Shown here piece by piece: positions 24,911-37,054 of a stretch of DNA of 64,000 nucleotides. The DNA is from Lama guanicoe. Its lineage: Eukaryota. Under the pieces are notes generated by a model. The model did no database searches and was not told where the DNA came from. It was given only the letters and a program-made list of their open reading frames with translations. Location of the stretch: NCBI GenBank assembly GCA_013239625.1, contig MU057357.1, positions 248,001 to 312,000 of the forward strand. Reading direction: 5' to 3'. Made by a program: the position numbers and the translations under genes. The first letter of the stretch is position 1, and the number at the start of each line of letters is the position of its first letter.

Positions 24911-27159
24911 CCTATCTTCAGTACTCAGATTTCAGTGAAGACTCAACGCCTATTAAGTGAATGTCTAACTCCTAAGAGCTGTAAAACTAAAACACAGGTA
25001 AAATGAACATGACAGCTCCCTGTACTTGACTGAACAAGTCAGGGGTGATGCATATGATGTTCATCACCCTGGAGGTGGGCGGGAGATAACCCGTTCTCCA
25101 CAGGGTCATAAACACACAGAGACGTAAGCCTCTCACTGGTACTTAAACTTACAAACGCACGTCTGCGTACACACACACAAATGCACGTAGGCATTTACGA
25201 AGCTCATTGCTTTTATTTCTCACTTCCATCCCCATGTTCAGTCTTGTTTTGTAATCTTTACACTTTATTATTTTTTTACTACGTCCACCATCTGAAACAC
25301 TCTCTCCTGTCCCTATTCTTCAGCATATATCTCAAGCTCCTTCGCCTCAATACAATTGTTTTTATAATCCTCTAACTTAATAAGCTTTATTTTCCTGCTC
25401 GTCCATGAATGCGTCCATTCCTTAAGAGCAGGGATTGTGGCGTATCTGCTGTGACCACTTAACTACTGAGGTCGGGGCGGTGCACACGCAAGTCTCTCCT
25501 TATTGACATAATACGTTGTCAGCAAAAGAACAGTTACGGTAATTAGACGTTTCCAAACTTGAGGCCAGAAAAAGTTCAATTTCAAAGTCAAAGATAATTA
25601 ATAAGCTGGAAAACAGACATTGATGCAGGAAAGGAACGCTCTCTTGCAAATACAGTTTCATCAATTCTCTCTCAAAGTATAAACCTGCAAATGCTTCAAC
25701 AAGTATTCCCAGAAATGAAAAAAATAACTCAACCTTTGGAGTTCTGAAAGGAGTGGAACAACGTACTTGCTACACTTCACACACTTACGACGTGGCTGTG
25801 AGTGAGTAGGGAGTGTGTTAGGCTGATCACTGCTTTACCGGCCCTGACTGATCCCTTTCTCCCACTGTTCCCTGCATCTGGAATCTTTTCTTCATCCTCT
25901 GCTTGTTGAAATCACAGATTTATTTCAAGGTTCAGCTCAAACAGTTCTCTAAGAAGTATTTCCTGACCAGGAACGAATTTGTTCCTTTCAAAACCACTTT
26001 CTTACAGTGATGAGCAACTTCTAGGGGAGGGAGGCTGGCACAGCAGAGCTTGGCTCTGGAGTTAGAGATTCAGGCAGTCTTTTAGATCTGTGGCAAGGTG
26101 GAGACACGTTTCTTTGCTGTCCCTTTTGGAATGGCATGTTGATTTCTCACTTACCCTTTTGCCTGGGGAGTAGTTCTCTGGGGTCCCAGATTCAAGCAGG
26201 AGTCTCCTGTTACAGCTAGCATCTGCTTAAGAAGACATGGAATTGTATCTCCTGCCCCCTGTACAGCCATTAAGGGAGAAAGTCCTTGAATTCCAGTGTT
26301 TGATAAAACAGGGAGAAATACAGCTTTTATGTTTATCTCCAAGAATTCTTGCTTTTATTTCATTTTTGACCTTTGTGGAATTCTTTTCATGCCTGCCCAA
26401 TAAAAGAGGTACTAATTTTATCCTTTTTTTTTTAAACATTTTTGTAGTTTCAATTGGGAGGTTTACTCAGAGAAATTACCTTGTGATATAAAGACAGAAC
26501 TAATACAATTAACTATATCATTAGAATATTATAAAAGTCAGAAGACTGCACTGGGTGAAAAAAACTATCACCAAACTCATGGTAAACCCTAGGAAGTAAA
26601 GAATCCCCACTTCAAGTTTTTTTTTTTTTTGGAAGGACAGGGGAGAAGCAAGAATAGAACAGTGCAGTCTACTTAGATCTAAAGACTCTCCCCTGAGTTC
26701 TCACTGCCTTGGTAAAGAGATATTGAAGATACATGGCGATGCTGCCTCTAACTAAAATTCTACCCACTTCTGAACCAACACAGGGAAAGAGTTTGAGAAT
26801 TAAAGGCTCCCAGGACTTGGTTTCACTGATGCATTTAATTCTCACGAGATTTAGCGTATCAGCTAAATACAATGGGAAAAGCAACACAGCTCAAGATATT
26901 TTCATCTGAACCACTTTACAGACACTACCGATTAGAATAAAATAGCTGTAACAAAACCAGCACCTAGCACGACCGGCACAAAGATATCTGAAAGGAAGCA
27001 AGTTAGATTCCTGCCACCTGTCAAGGCATTAATTGCATTATTTGTTCCAGAGCTGGAAAGACTTAAGTTCATATAAAGTAATATGATACGGAACAAAGCT
27101 CCCAGCACAGTATGATGAAATGAAATCTTTCAATAGACAAACACAACTTTGGTTGACAG

Positions 27160-27366
27160 TTTATTAAATGCGCTACATTTGCACCTTATTCTGTGGTTTT
27201 TTAAATCTCTCACACATGGACTTAGTAAAAATGTACTTTATAGAAAACCATCTGCAAAACTAAAATAAAAATGCACATTTTACACACATATTAGATAAAC
27301 TGCTGAAAACGTTAGGAATTACTTTATTGAAGGTGATCATGAAATATGAGGTGGCTTGATTTTATT
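27160..27366 (-). terminator. MFF: MFF tandem polyadenylation signals (AATAAA on - at 27361-27366, 27323-27328, 27160-27165)
   Basis: Three plus-strand TTTATT motifs 0.5-0.7 kb downstream of the MFF last coding exon. Confidence 0.65.
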
Positions 27367-27607
27367 AAACCTGACACCAGCCCATGACTTCAGAAATGTT
27401 CATGTTGAAATGTGGATGCAAAAATGTCTATTAGCGAAACTGTTTAATAGTGTTTGAGAAACAGGACAAAATAAAGAATTATTTTTCCTTTACAGACAAT
27501 TTTCTAAATCCAGGCTCTACACCTTCTCTCTCTCTCATTCAGAGAATTAGTTGTGCAGACTGATGAGGCAAAAAATTCCTTAAAAAAAGCAAAACCAAAC
27601 TAGAGCC

Positions 27608-27615
27608 TATTTACA
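27608..27615 (-). promoter_or_regulatory. MFF: Pumilio response element (UGUAAAUA) in the MFF 3'UTR
   Basis: Plus TATTTACA = minus TGTAAATA, a perfect UGUANAUA. PUM2 repression of Mff mRNA is reported in mammals. Confidence 0.7.
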
Positions 27616-27805
27616 AAACATGCAGAGAATGTTAAGTAGGTATGATGGCAGAACTGGTTAAAGGTAAACACAGCGGAGGGGCAGGAGGCACCTCTCTACC
27701 TCTGCACATCGAAGTCCTTCCCCCTTTCCCTCTGGGAGAAACACATTTTCAGGGCATGGACCGTAAAACAGCATACAATGCAAAGACAGAAAGAAACGAA
27801 GACGT

Positions 27806-27952
27806 NNNNNNNNNNNNNNNNNNNNNNNNNNNNNNNNNNNNNNNNNNNNNNNNNNNNNNNNNNNNNNNNNNNNNNNNNNNNNNNNNNNNNNNNNNNNNNN
27901 NNNNNNNNNNNNNNNNNNNNNNNNNNNNNNNNNNNNNNNNNNNNNNNNNNNN
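27806..27952. other. N-gap (147 nt) hiding the MFF C-terminal TM anchor and stop codon
   Basis: Run of N directly after the codons for LLEEE. Confidence 0.95.
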
Positions 27953-27996
27953 TTCTCCTCTTCCAGAAGCTGTAGACGTCTATTTAGTTTGATTAT
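27953..27996 (-). CDS. MFF: MFF last exon, visible part (IIKLNRRLQLLEEE...); continues into the gap, stop expected near 27865
   Basis: cacttag|ATAATCAAACTAAATAGACGTCTACAG; MFF coiled coil. Confidence 0.93.
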
Positions 27997-28859
27997 CTAA
28001 GTGAAAAGCAATGAAAACAAAAAAACAAAATAGGAGCTTTAAGTAATCAGATTTGTATAAAGTAGTTTCATTTGTCAAAAGAATTACTACAAACCTGAGA
28101 AGTCTCACTTGGAGCAAAACAAAGAAAGCTACATATAGAAAAAAGTGTTACCCACGACAGTTTAAATTCACCTAAATTTTCTTCTCTTATGAGCTTCTGT
28201 CGCTCAACTCTAGTTGTTCATCTTTAACCTGCTTTTCCTGTTTCATGCCCTCTCTGTCCACCTCTCTGAGTTACCGAGATGATCCCACAAACTAACCTGT
28301 TAGAGTGGGCCCTGTGATCTGTCACCCAGGCCCTTCAGGACTAAAAGGCTAACCTCCTTACGTGCTAGGAGTGTCAGTGGTTGACCGCACTGTCCTCAGC
28401 CTTGGTCCTTACTGTGAGTAGCCCTGCACTGAACACTGAACAACTGCCTGGCCCGAGTTCATGCTCCCTTATGAAGGCAACATGCATCCAATGACCGGTT
28501 TGTGATGGGCTTAAAGGCGCAGGCTCCTTGCTCCAACTCTGAGGGGTCATCCCAGGTTCAGAGCACTTTATGGCTGTACTGGTTTGCTTAAAATGTTAAG
28601 ATTCTTTGTTACTGGCTAGAATTACATCAATCTATTTTGGTAATACTGTTTTATGCTGATCAAAACATGCAAATACTGGTTTAATATATCTTTAATCAAA
28701 ATGGGGAAGTCAATTTTGGTTTAATAAATAGTTTGATAAATACAATATTTTCATTCATGGGTTCCACTGGAGGGAAAATGATAAAATGTTAGGAAACACC
28801 ACTTTAGGTATTACCTGAATGTAATTTAGGGTTATACATATATTCGGTACACTAAATAC

Positions 28860-28944
28860 CTGTCGTCTTAATGAAGCTGCATCTACAACAGTCATGTCAT
28901 CTGAAGTTCCTTCAATTGTGGAGTCTATATTTGAAATGCCATAC
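28860..28944 (-). CDS. MFF: MFF penultimate exon (85 nt)
   Basis: tgctag|G TAT...CAG|gtattt; YGISNIDSTIEGTSDDMTVVDAASLRRQ. Confidence 0.96.
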
Positions 28945-30900
28945 CTAGCAATAAGAAATAAAAATACAATTTAAGATTAGAATAGAACTGTAAGCACCTG
29001 GTAAGTCACGGACTGTACTGTGTATTGCACATAGAACTATTCAAAAGACTGGTATTACCAGTACGTATTACTAAAATATTTACCAATCTAAATGGGTAAA
29101 CACAGGAAAGAAAAGAGCTCAGGATAACAACTATCTACAATACTGAGAAAATGTCTTTGAAAGTTTGAGAATGAGCAGAAAGTCTCAGTAAAGATATCAA
29201 TGGGAGACACTTTCCAACTCAAAGGGACTGGCACTGTTTAAAAGGATGCCTGGCTGAAAAGGTCTGAGAGCTGCTATTCCAGGACGTTAACGGTACACAG
29301 TTCTTGCACCAACTGGTGTCCACGCATGGTCCCTCAGAAGTCCCTGCTCAGACTCATTGGCAGGAACACAAAGTAAACGAACTCTAGCTAAGAAAGTAAG
29401 ACTGATCATTTTTAATCTCGCCTCCTCTTCTCACTGCCTCTTCTCTTGCCATTTCTACTCTTTACTTCTTATTTCCAATTATTTACTCTCTAGTGTGTCT
29501 CCACAGAAGCAATTATAAAATCACCTGAACACATTTTGTCCCCACATTCAGATCCAGAACTGGCTCAATAATAATCAAGAGGCTGTGTATAAAACAATAT
29601 TGGAAAGCCACTAAGACAAAATCTAGAGAAAACATTAAAAAGTACTTCTTGTTCAAATGCAGTTACTTCTAAAAGGGCACTGACTTTTAAATGAATGACA
29701 ATAAACTTCTGAGAAACAAATACACACAAATGCTATTCTTCTCTGCCCAGGTTTCCACTTTAAAAATATATTTTAATTAGCATCTTTACTGAGATACAAT
29801 TTGCATACAACTCACCTCACATGTTTATATCCTCACTACTTTAACCCTACATGGTTATTTCAGTAAAATGGCATATTAACTTGCCTGAATGACCAGATTA
29901 TAAATAAACTGAATTAAAAAGTTACTTCTACGTAATCTACAGAGCTGTCACATAGATCGTGTATCCCTAGTACTTCAAGCAAGTCCCCATTTCAAAAGCA
30001 CATGATCACACAAAGGTGTATGAAGAGAATGACACTTTTCATCCAGACGTATTGAAAATAAGTGTATTCAGAAAATCTTGTTTCAAATGCCTTGGAAAAT
30101 AATTCAAAAACACTTTAATAAATAAGTTACGTGAAATGGAATTTTTACCATTATAATCACTCAGTATCATCATTCTGAACGCTGATGGTAACTATGCAGG
30201 TTGCAGTGTCAATGATACCTCACGTCTTCTGACTCGACAGATAACTAGGACAATCTCTAAACGTTTCTTTTACGGCCAAATCAACTTGAACTTGCTTTCT
30301 CATTATCTGCCTCTTTCTTTATGGGAATAGAACAGATATACTGAAATACTGAGAGGATCTGCATCAGATAGAGAAGTGACTATTGAGTTAGTAGGTGCTG
30401 GAACTACAGATTTACAAACATCTGAGTTAATTACTCCTTTGAACATTAAACAGAATTATTGAAGGAGTGGAAAAAATAAGGGTTGAAGATTTTTCTTCTC
30501 CACATTTTATCCTCAAAATAAAACCTTTCTATTTCTTTGAGGTCACACATGAGATGATTAGGGGGAAAAATCAAACAACAGAAGCAACTGCTTCAAAGGT
30601 AAAGGGACATGGGATGAACACAGAGAATGAAGTATAACTGAAAGGGACTTCTTACAGTTTAGATTCTAAACTAAGGTTTTAAACATCTGTAAAGGAAATC
30701 TTCATTGGCAAAAAAATCTAAGGATATGGCAAAACACTTAACTGTGTAATTCAACTTAAAACAGACGAGTTTTAAACTAAAACTTGTACCTAGCAAAACT
30801 AGAAACTCTAAGAAATTCTAAGTCAGATTACTAGCTGAAAATACTTTCACAGAAAATAAAAGATTACAAACTTATGAGAAATGTACAAGGAAAAACTCAC

Positions 30901-30917
30901 AGTGGACTGAATTAATA
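30901..30917 (-). other. MFF: Candidate 17-nt frameshifting (poison) microexon of MFF
   Basis: ctgctgacttgtttctttttacag|TATTAATTCAGTCCACT|gtgagt. Confidence 0.4.
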
Positions 30918-30984
30918 CTGTAAAAAGAAACAAGTCAGCAGAGTGGTTAAGGGACCACGAAGGACGCATTTTCCATTCGCTAAC

Positions 30985-31029
30985 CTGAACTTAGTATTAA
31001 TGAGAAACTGACGTTTCCGTCTCCTCTTC
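30985..31029 (-). CDS. MFF: Candidate 45-nt in-frame MFF cassette exon (KRRRKRQFLINTKF)
   Basis: ttcatttttag|GAAGAGG...GTTCAG|gttagc; phase 2-2, no stop. Confidence 0.35.
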
Positions 31030-31858
31030 CTAAAAATGAACGTGCCAGCTTCTCATCGTATAAACACTGCTGCCAGTTTTAAATCTACTGCTACGGATAA
31101 CACATTTCTGCTTAAAATAAAATTGGCTCTGAAAAAAAAAATCACAGTAATGGCATCTGTGAATACCAACCAGTTTTTTTTTTTACTCTGGAAGCTGGGA
31201 AATGAGGATTTTGGCACTTGAGAACTTGAAGTATTTGTGTGTACCATCCTATTTGTCCTTATGTGTGACAGGAAGAAATAACCACTCATGCTAAGCACAT
31301 CTGAGAGTATGAAAGGGGAAAAATTTAAGAGAGAAAAGCTTAACCAACAGATGACAAAAGTTCTTAAAACTAAATTCCCTTTCTAAACATTTACCTTCCT
31401 GGATGGTCAATGCTGACTTCCCCCAATTTAGGATGTTTTATAGACACATTTATCTACACACTGAAAGTGACACTGTCGACAATTAACAACTAAAAATAAA
31501 ATGCTGGACAGAACTCCCAGCAACAATTAATGCTTGTCCAACAAGATGTAAGATTATTTCTTCTGTGTTTTAAACATGATCTTCCAGAAGCTATTACAAT
31601 TGTATTTAAGAACAGTATCCCAGATGTTCACGTGACACAGTATCAGAACTACTGAGTTTTTTTCTTTAGACTCTGGTGGCCAGATGTCATGAATGGTTAG
31701 ACTCACTGTTCTCAGATAAAAGCAGAATGTACTCAGACAGAAAAGCTGCAGAAATTCAAGCTGTAATATAAATGCGTGGCTCCTACATGCATTATGTCCT
31801 ACAAAATACATATTCAGTCAACTATTCACCCTGGTAATTACAAAGTCTCAAAATTTAC

Positions 31859-31918
31859 CTGACGTTGTCATGATGGGGATTAGAAGTGGCGGCAGCAGAC
31901 CCACCACGCAACACAGGT
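31859..31918 (-). CDS. MFF: MFF 60-nt cassette exon
   Basis: ccttag|A CCT...GTC AG|gtaaat; PVLRGGSAAATSNPHHDNV. Confidence 0.95.
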
Positions 31919-33445
31919 CTAAGGCAGGTTTTGGCGGGAGAAGGCACAAGACAGGATCAGGAAAGAGTGGTAATGAAACAAAAGCAAAAACAAGACAAAT
32001 AAATGTCAAATAGGATTATATTGTATGTTTTGATACAATACAATATATTTCAAATACTTTAAATATCTTTGTCTCTCCTTCATTTTATGATTTTCATAAA
32101 TTAAATATTTTCAATGGGTTAAAAAACACAGGGAATCTGCATTTATGTAGCAAAATAACATCAACATATAAAATAATTTTGGGGGGGTTATCATATATTA
32201 ATCTATGAAATTCAAGCCAGAGGACAACTGGTTTAAAAAGTATAATTTCTCTCTTCTAGTCAGCAAAACATCACCAACAACTTGAGAAGCATGTGAAGAA
32301 CCGGTTAGTAGCACCTGCATGATCATGGTTGCTCATCTGGTATCAACAGCTCTACCTTGAACACTAAAAATTTCAAGTGACTCCCATTTCCCACAATTCC
32401 TTGCCTCCCGCCTCATGAATTTTGCTGAGTGCCTGGTATCTCAATGTAGGTGTGTCTCATTCAAACCCTCAGCTCTCAAGAGCAAGCTCAGTTCCAGAGC
32501 TGAGGAGATGGGGGACATGTTCGGAGCACATACTGCAGCACATCACAGGAAATGCAATCAGACACTTGAGTCCGATGCTGAGAGACAACCAGGAGTGACA
32601 CACAGGGCTGCTGGAAATGAAGACTGGGCGCACTGGAAAACTTCGTGGGGATTTTCACTGAGTACATACTTGGTTTCTAGAGGACAACTGGTTCTCTACC
32701 TAGGTAAGCAGTCACCTTGCCAATAAATAGTACTTATTTTTTAATTAGAAACAAAAGCTCTGTGTGATCACTGGTCAATTCTCCAAAAAGTAATTGGCAA
32801 TGTTTACTAACCAGAGAAAGGAGGCTGAGGTACAGAATCCATATTAGGATTTTAAAAATTATTACATTCTATTTTGAATGTCTCATTCTCTATGGACTGA
32901 TCAGGTTTTGCCTGAATTTAAGTATCAAGACAATTCTTACAGTAAACACTGAATACCAAATGCACTAGTTTTTGTCTGTAAGGGGGTACAGTTATAGAAT
33001 TTTGGTTACAATACTAATTGCTATTTTCTGTCAAGTCAATTTATACAAGAAAATTTTAATGTTTAGCTTGTATGTTTCCTCAGTGCACTACTGTACTTAA
33101 ATTTCTGGAGCCTGAGGATAAGAGATTCAGAGACTTTTGAGGGAGCTATGTTGGACTTCTAATTTGTTGGCTGAAGAACAGTGAGAAATCACATGTGCTT
33201 GAGTCAGGTTTTAAAGTCATTCCGTCCTACTAATTAATTTATTCTGTGACATTAGGAAAACTTACTTAACTACAATCCTACATCACACTAAACTGAAAAA
33301 GGTTAACTAAATGAAGCCACAGCTGTATACTACCTAACGCTTAAAAAAAAAAAAAACAAATGCTCAAAAGGATCCACCATATTCAACATATTCCACCACA
33401 GAGATCTCCCTTTTACAATGCAGAGCCAGAAAATAATACAGTTAC

Positions 33446-33478
33446 CTTTCACAACGTATTTCATTTTGTCTTCTCACA
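33446..33478 (-). CDS. MFF: MFF 33-nt microexon (VRRQNEIRCE)
   Basis: aattgccag|T GTG AGA AGA CAA AAT GAA ATA CGT TGT GAA AG|gtaact; phase 2-2; branch point CTAAT at ~-33; UGC just before the AG. Confidence 0.8.
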
Positions 33479-36400
33479 CTGGCAATTGACACACATAATA
33501 TAAAAGTAAATTAGACAGGTATTTGGCAAAGTTAGAAACTTCATTCAAGTACCACTTTCTACCATTAAGTATGAGTTAATACATTAAAAAATCTTCTTAA
33601 GTTTGATATGTTTAACAATATGTTTTGTAATTAAAGTGGCAAAGGGAATGAGATCCAAGGCCCTCCAAGTCCCAGCAGTAACTTGTATACTGACTTTTTG
33701 TGTAAATAAAGGGTCTGCCTTAGTAGAAGAGGTTTCTTTGCTTAAAAAATGGAAACCACTACAGTAAATGAACAGTTTGGGGCACCAGGAATTATACACA
33801 TTTAAAGAAACGACACATTACAAATAACAAACACTGATTCAACTGCAACTTTGTATTTCAACAACTTGTAAGTAATATGCTTATATGGATACTTGCAAAA
33901 AATATAAATTATTTACACAACAGTTTCTTATTCTGTTCAAAGCTAATACAGTCTGCTAATGAAATACTCAAGCCCCTTCTAAAAATAAAATTTAAGCACA
34001 TTAAGCATGACTAATCTGTCAATATTTAAATAATGTTCTTATATAGGAACTAAGTTACTTTTAAAAAATATTAATATTTTGCTTTGGACAATGAGATACG
34101 GAGCTCCAGCAGGTGTCAGAAGATGTGGGCATTTCATAACTAGCTAAGGACTAAACAGTATTTTAAATCCACAGGACACGGCTGGTGCTTGTCCCAGGTG
34201 TTGGTAAATTTTTGATACATCAGTTTTCCAAATGCACAGCACTGACCTATATAAATGATCTTTTCTAATAAATACCTAGGATTTAACTTTATTTTCATGT
34301 TGAACTTGGTTTTAGATCACGTAAGTTCTCACATGATGAGAAAACAAAAATATAATACATAAACCTTTCAACAGTGTCTGTCAAAGTATAAACTAAAAAT
34401 AGTTCTTACGTTGAGCACCTGTGAATCTGCATTATTTTATGACAACAAAACAGGCATTAAGGTTTTTTCTTTCTTTATGCCAAATAATTCTAACTTAATT
34501 ATACCTAATCCGATGGCATAAACCAAAGATAAGATACTGCATTAGCATAAGAGCCACGAGTAAAAAATAGAAAGGAAAAAATAATGTACAGAGCAAGGAA
34601 CATAAAAGCACTTAAAGCTTTATAATCATGCAAGAAGAACATTATCCAAATTTCACATTCCTACTTCTTGTATCAGATAAGTCATGAGAGACAGTTCTCA
34701 TGGTACAAATAAAAACCAATTTGGCACCTACAATCTAATTAAATCCTGTTCAACACTTAGATCATAAGAGATTTAAATGCAATAGAGAAAAAAAAACATT
34801 TCAAAAATGAAAGCATCCAAAAAGACTAATGAGAATCTGATCCTCCAGGTGCCAAGATGTGTATCCAGGAGCAAAGAATTATTAAACAACTAATTCATGA
34901 ATTATTAAAAATCTCACTTAAGTGAATAAAATAATTCCTTCCCAGAAAAGGGATTTTAAAGTTATCAATGTATTACAATTTTTAAAAATCACTTAAAGCT
35001 CAAAATAGTTTTTTTGTAAAGTAAATTTTACATTAGTAAGATTTCTGATTTTGTACTTTTGAACTTGAGGCAAAATTTTTCCTTTATGGAGAAAAAAAAT
35101 CCAACTGTTTTTACAAGTTCCATATACTGGACTGACCTGTGTATGTGTGGGAGGAGGGGATAAATAATTTTCATGCACTGGGGCTTTGTCATTGAGCTAT
35201 TATTTAATCTATACAGGGTTTATAAATACCTTTCTCATTCAGCTATTTTCACTGTAATAGGATTTGATATGATATAATTTGACCTGATAATCCGGTCTCT
35301 TTTAAGGCTCTATTATAATTAAAAAGTTAAAGAGGATACCTGGTGAAGAATAAATCTATTCTAAGGAGGCAGGAGAAAACAGTCCTTTGGAAATATTAGT
35401 CAAGTGGCAGGTACTTCATATTCAATACCATTTTAAGGGTCTCCTGCAACACTAAACAAACAATTTGAGGCCATTATCCCAATATCTTAAATAAAGACAG
35501 GCGAGGAGGGAAGAGTCCTCACGAGAATCCAGAAAACTGGGTAATACTACTATTACCCTTCCTTTTTTTCAATAGATGAAGAAAATGAGGCCCAGAGAAG
35601 CTTAGCAACTTGTCCAAGGCCGTGGTGCAGCCAGCTCTCCAGTGGGCTGGATCAAGACTGAATCTGATTCCCTGAATCCATTTTTTCCTTCTAAACCATG
35701 CTGCTTCTTACAGGCTCCAAATATTCTGAGACAGTCCTTGAAGCTCCAAAGAGCACAAGAGGGACCCCAAACCCTTGGGGAGGGGGAGATATATACACAC
35801 ACCTGCACATGAATACATGTACATGTAATCCCCCCACCATGAGCTTCTCTTTCATGCTCTTTGGTGCAGCTGTAAGTCCGTGGGCCCACAAGAACACCAC
35901 TAGAACTCAACAGAGCAGCTTATCAAGAACTTATCAAATATGGTCAGACACCTAGGGCTCGTGTGAGGCTCAAAAGCACTTAAGAAGAAAAAGTTTGTTC
36001 ACAGCAAGCCATCAGACATATCGGTTCCTAAGGTAAGAGACAAGGTTTTCTGGAAGGACCAGCTTAATTTATTGGGAATTCTTCAACATGCAAAAATTAA
36101 CAATCTTAGAAAATGATCATGAAAATTCACTGACACAGAATCACTAGATAAAATGTCTGTAGTTGCAATGTAACTAATTGCATCTTTTCTACATTATGCC
36201 AAAAAAAGCTCCCAAATTTCATTTTTTTAAAAATACTAGTAATGAAGCAAGGATAATAAAGTATTTGAAATAATGGCAAAAAATTTATTTGTATGAACAA
36301 ATCTAAGAATACTACTACTGATTTTACTTTGAGATACTCATAAGTCAAACAAGCTGCCAATACTGAAAAAAATCAGTATTAAAAAAAAAGACAGTAACAC

Positions 36401-36873
36401 CTGGGATTTTCAACGCGGGGCTAGAAATCCCTAGCTGAGAGGAAAAAAATGTCCTGGCAGCTACACTGACATCATCCTCTCAGATTTGCTTCTTTAATCC
36501 AAACACATTCGTATCATAAATGATTAAATCAGAAGACTTTTTGCAGAAAATCAGTACAATTCAGTCCAGTATCCCACACTGAAACCCTCAGCATATCCCA
36601 AAATGAAATCAAGTACTTAGAACAAGTCAACAAAGCCTGTGAAAGAAATCATTGCACTGCTCATGTACAGTTATTATTAACTGAATCCTTTCCCTGGCTG
36701 AAGAGAAGCTAACAGAACCTTGTGAAATGTGAATTTTGGACAATAATTTCAAATTAAAAGAAAGCAAAGCAAGCTGTTTAAAACCACTGGATCTAAGAGA
36801 CAAAAGTGCAAACAGAAAAGGAAAACACCACAGTCCACTAACAAGGGGCCAAAAAATATGCAATAAAGCTGCA

Positions 36874-37021
36874 NNNNNNNNNNNNNNNNNNNNNNNNNNN
36901 NNNNNNNNNNNNNNNNNNNNNNNNNNNNNNNNNNNNNNNNNNNNNNNNNNNNNNNNNNNNNNNNNNNNNNNNNNNNNNNNNNNNNNNNNNNNNNNNNNNN
37001 NNNNNNNNNNNNNNNNNNNNN
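36874..37021. other. N-gap (148 nt) hiding most of the MFF 159-nt cassette exon
   Basis: Run of N beginning within the VTPSPQQVRVC exon. Confidence 0.95.
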
Positions 37022-37054
37022 CAAACCCGAACCTGTTGTGGCGATGGTGTCACA
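37022..37054 (-). CDS. MFF: MFF cassette exon, visible 5' part (VTPSPQQVRV...)
   Basis: aaacag|T GTG ACA CCA TCG CCA CAA CAG GTT CGG GTT; matches MFF VTPSPQQARVC. Confidence 0.92.

Noticed and set aside
34410-34418. Possible 9-nt MFF microexon (cacag|GTGCTCAAC|gtaaga)
   Set aside because: No polypyrimidine tract and a competing upstream AG; too weak to support.
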